DNA from: a virus
Lineage: Duplodnaviria > Caudoviricetes
Reading direction: 5' to 3' (one strand)
Virus record (IMG/VR): IMGVR_UViG_3300025503_000004
Span: 1 to 27,687 of that record
Length of the DNA stretch: 27,687 nucleotides
Positions 26,001 through 27,687 of the stretch are shown here, piece after piece. How positions within the stretch are numbered: the first letter of the stretch is position 1; every line of letters starts with the position of its first letter. The notes beneath the pieces are model-generated. The model did not search any database. It worked only from the letters and a program-made list of their open reading frames with translations, and had not been told where the DNA came from. Made by a program: the position numbers and the translations under genes.

Positions 26001-26646
26001 GCCAGGTGCGGAAGGGGTTCACGCCATCGGGGTAGCGGAAGAACCGCTCGGCTGCCTCAATGTCGTCGGACGCATCCTCTAGTACGTTCTGCGGGGGGAC
26101 AAACTGGTAGTCCAAGGAACGCACGTCGTTGATGAGGTGGCGCACCGCGATCTGCGCTGCGTAGTACGAGTCGATGATGGACTTGAGGGTGGTGAAGCTG
26201 ATCCGGTTCCAGCGCGGGACAAGCTGGATGTTCTCGCCGATGGCGTAGTCCCAGGTACGCGGCTCGCGCCGGTAGCCGTAGAACGGATCGAGCGGACGAC
26301 CAGGCGGGAACGGAGGCCCCCATGACAGGCCGGCTTCCGCAAGGGCCGCCTCGACTTCCTCGGGAGCACGGGAGAAGTTGGCGGCGAGCTTCTGGCTCAG
26401 GCGGTTGATGAGCGCCCAGTTGGTGTTGCCCTGATTGGACCAGGAAGTCTTGGGGGCCGTGTTGACCGCCGTGTTCTGGAACAGCCCGTAGGGACCGGCC
26501 TTCTCCAAAAGGCCGTCGGCCTTGGTCAGAAGGGTTTCGCGGTCAATGTCCGCAGCCATGACCGCCGCTGCGACAGCCTCGACAGCCTTGCGAAAGGCCA
26601 CGTCGTCGTTGGCCTCAGTCTTGCGCCTGCGCCTAAAGAGTGGCAT
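23089..26646 (-). CDS. Portal protein fused to a Nudix hydrolase and a MuF-like (SPP1 gp7 family) minor head domain (1185 aa)
   Basis: Portal motifs (YGLAPME, YFTEGTIPAG, AAAFGVVPNDLG, GVISPDEVR..LG), a Nudix box (WELPGG...ALREWSEETG), and MuF (TEWMRAYN...W...CDRC...PPVHPNCRC). Confidence 0.9.
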   Translation of the reverse strand: MPLFRRRRKTEANDDVAFRKAVEAVAAAVMAADIDRETLLTKADGLLEKAGPYGLFQNTAVNTAPKTSWSNQGNTNWALINRLSQKLAANFSRAPEEVEAALAEAGLSWGPPFPPGRPLDPFYGYRREPRTWDYAIGENIQLVPRWNRISFTTLKSIIDSYYAAQIAVRHLINDVRSLDYQFVPPQNVLEDASDDIEAAERFFRYPDGVNPFRTWLAEYLQDVLRYDAGTLYIRRGYKGQPVALEVVDGTTIIPLVDFWGRTPTDQPTSETATKIRELGGQWDGKTVPAYLQVIEGMPWVWLAKDDIIYQRLNPLPESQYGLAPMEAVLLQANTDIRFQWFFLQYFTEGTIPAGFMEAPPDQSDPAQIREWQKVWDAVMYGDQSKLHQVRWVPAGARFTAIKEQKFDPEFPLYLMRCTAAAFGVVPNDLGFTDDVNRSTGEIQVDVQFRIGTLPIVRHVEDVINAFIAHHLKLKARIQFDTGQGTQHRLEIAQANKILIDTGVISPDEVRMQLGYRVSRERPTPRAVNNSRTGPIPLLALESLAGKVDPTTFGPAKDQPVPPHPFVAAPGVAPVIGSKAARAAENATAALQDNLIIANTSDQAPHAVVQADGTVSTHYVAPEPIDPDDDPGGSGPKPKPKTKTKGARKEVQTGTFGMSYDTNMQGVDLIGDEDEADEAAEEQGNKQFQERLREHMNEVERRDAFDIATKALQDMALWRRVNIKRVKDGRPTKDFPDILPVLHNAIWPRLAKARTVEEVREAFIDPLGRLTKEDDKPSLAGILVQAADTGRVLLIQRLPDKHDDDSARARWELPGGHIDGNGKDGGDPDPTAWDGALREWSEETGAQLPADIEPLGSWYDEDAGYQGFVVRIPHEADLTLRPQPDEVSNVGWWDLEDLTDPEVRDKLQEQLALIDPLLKSEAIPVDDYLDRVIAAMESVLSQSAIRRTIRRAANPVRKQTVTMPNQPSTQTVRRHNAAIMAGGAALGAAPGVAGMSTIPPAMGGLLHSAGMIAGAASILWGSYLNTALLKRTLADIYADAAQAANTDPYEAKEYYENLADQWANEIAQSLLKRVLLVIDRDITEKKSFTDILADVARTIRSKARAVEIIKTEWMRAYNAAKRRQAESTSQDVELVWVHMPGACDRCLENAAASPITPSEDWPNGSPPVHPNCRCSIVVRPVSEDGQ

Positions 26647-27685
26647 CGAGTGTTTCCTTCGGCAAGTGCTCGTCAGGGGTCAGGCCGCAATGCACGCATT
26701 GCCCCGCGAAGTACCGTGGCTGGCGACACTCGCTTGAGGGCAGCGCACCAGCCGCAAGCAGTCCTTGGGGGTCTATGCGGTTCCAGTTGCGAAGTACGGA
26801 AGCATGTTCATATTCCGCTGGGGCCTCAGCAAGGTCCTGCTGTAATGCGATCATCCATGCCTCCCCGAGCGGTAGTGACCTACCCCCGACCAACGTCGCT
26901 GCTGCTATTCCTAGCGCAACCGCCTGGTCGTCGTGCTTGTCTGCGTCGTGGTCGAACCTGATCCCCCCGTTCGGCGTCTCCTTGAGCCTGACCGTCAGTA
27001 GCTCCGTCTCCAGATCACGTATATCAGGCACCGTAATACGTCGGTTGTGAAACGCTCGCACCAAGGCATGGGCTATCTCACTCACAGAGGACGCGGTGAA
27101 GGGGAACTCTTCGATCCTGAACCCTGCGGCCCTGAGCTTCTGGATCGAGCCAGCCATCTGGTAGGGGTCGGCCAGGATGCGGGCGTGGTACTCCCGGGCC
27201 AGGGCCATCAGGCGCTCTTCTACCCAGGCCACGGGGACGTGTTTCTTGCGGGAACCTACGTAGCGCTCCAGGTGGTCCACGATCATGACCGTGTTGGACT
27301 CGCCAGGCGTGCCGGTCCACTCCTTGTGAGCCACGACTATGACCGTGGCGTCGGCCTTGAGTCCCAGGTCAATGGTGATAATGTAGGACTGGAGGGGGTC
27401 ATGATGATTGACACGCCATCCGCCACCAGCAATACCGGCTGGAGCCCGAACTACGTGGTGACATGGAACAGCGGCTACAGCCCAATCCTCTGGAGTAATG
27501 GCATGGTCCTCACCTTCGGTCCAGAGATTGAGAACCAGACGATCATACTCCGATGGGAGCAGTTCGCGCCGAAGGGCCTCTAGGTCGGCGGGGGACTGCC
27601 AGGGTACTGGTCCTGGAGCCTCCGATACCCGCCACATGGGGTCCCTCTTGGCGCGCTCGTAGATGGGGTACGTCCAGTGGCTTTT
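26633..27685 (-). CDS. terL: Terminase large subunit, C-terminal nuclease half (5'-truncated by the window edge)
   Basis: The frame is open to the window end. RNase H-like motifs IDLGLKADAT, ADPYQ and HDDQAVAL. Directly upstream of the portal gene. Confidence 0.88.
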   Translation of the reverse strand, partial: KSHWTYPIYERAKRDPMWRVSEAPGPVPWQSPADLEALRRELLPSEYDRLVLNLWTEGEDHAITPEDWAVAAVPCHHVVRAPAGIAGGGWRVNHHDPLQSYIITIDLGLKADATVIVVAHKEWTGTPGESNTVMIVDHLERYVGSRKKHVPVAWVEERLMALAREYHARILADPYQMAGSIQKLRAAGFRIEEFPFTASSVSEIAHALVRAFHNRRITVPDIRDLETELLTVRLKETPNGGIRFDHDADKHDDQAVALGIAAATLVGGRSLPLGEAWMIALQQDLAEAPAEYEHASVLRNWNRIDPQGLLAAGALPSSECRQPRYFAGQCVHCGLTPDEHLPKETLDATL

Positions 27686-27687
27686 TT

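Larger units (their letters stand above)
1..27687. mobile_element. Tailed dsDNA phage/prophage segment (siphovirus-like); both ends lie outside the window
   Basis: Ordered terminase-portal-protease-scaffold-capsid-neck-tail tube-chaperone-tape measure-baseplate genes. No sheath gene, no host housekeeping genes, and mostly overlapping start/stop codons. Confidence 0.97.

Noticed and set aside
3347-26635. Frequent TAG stops (about a dozen) suggesting amber recoding
   Set aside because: Most TAGs are followed directly by an SD and a start, often in another frame. Only three junctions are in frame, as expected by chance, and conserved domains are not generally interrupted by TAG.
1-27687. CRISPR array, tRNA, rRNA or IS element
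   Set aside because: No regular repeats or transposase motifs, and almost no intergenic space.

Overview
The whole window is a gene-dense, high-GC tailed dsDNA phage or prophage segment. It is siphovirus-like and probably infects an actinobacterium, judged from the protein families and GGAGG-type SD motifs. The minus strand (27687->3747) carries a nearly complete virion module: partial terminase large subunit, a 1185-aa portal-Nudix-MuF fusion, a HAD phosphatase, an XkdF-type prohead protease, a scaffold-like protein, major capsid protein, neck genes, tail tube, tail assembly chaperone with a -1 frameshift extension missing from the ORF track, tape measure, and baseplate/tailspike/fibre genes. 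The plus strand (1->3750) carries a partial ERF-like annealing protein, hypothetical proteins, a secreted lytic transglycosylase, an HTH protein, an apparently catalytically dead XerC/D-like protein and an HNH protein. The most interesting signal is in the head module. Portal, protease and scaffold carry extra cargo-like domains bordered by a recurring [ILV]-x-K|[AS] motif, suggesting polyproteins that are cut inside the prohead to release packaged effectors. The protease itself seems to be split between two genes. Other signals are a tail domain apparently split around a tailspike gene and exterior tail proteins almost free of Lys/Arg (acidophile-like). All family calls come from motif recognition by eye; no database searches were run.
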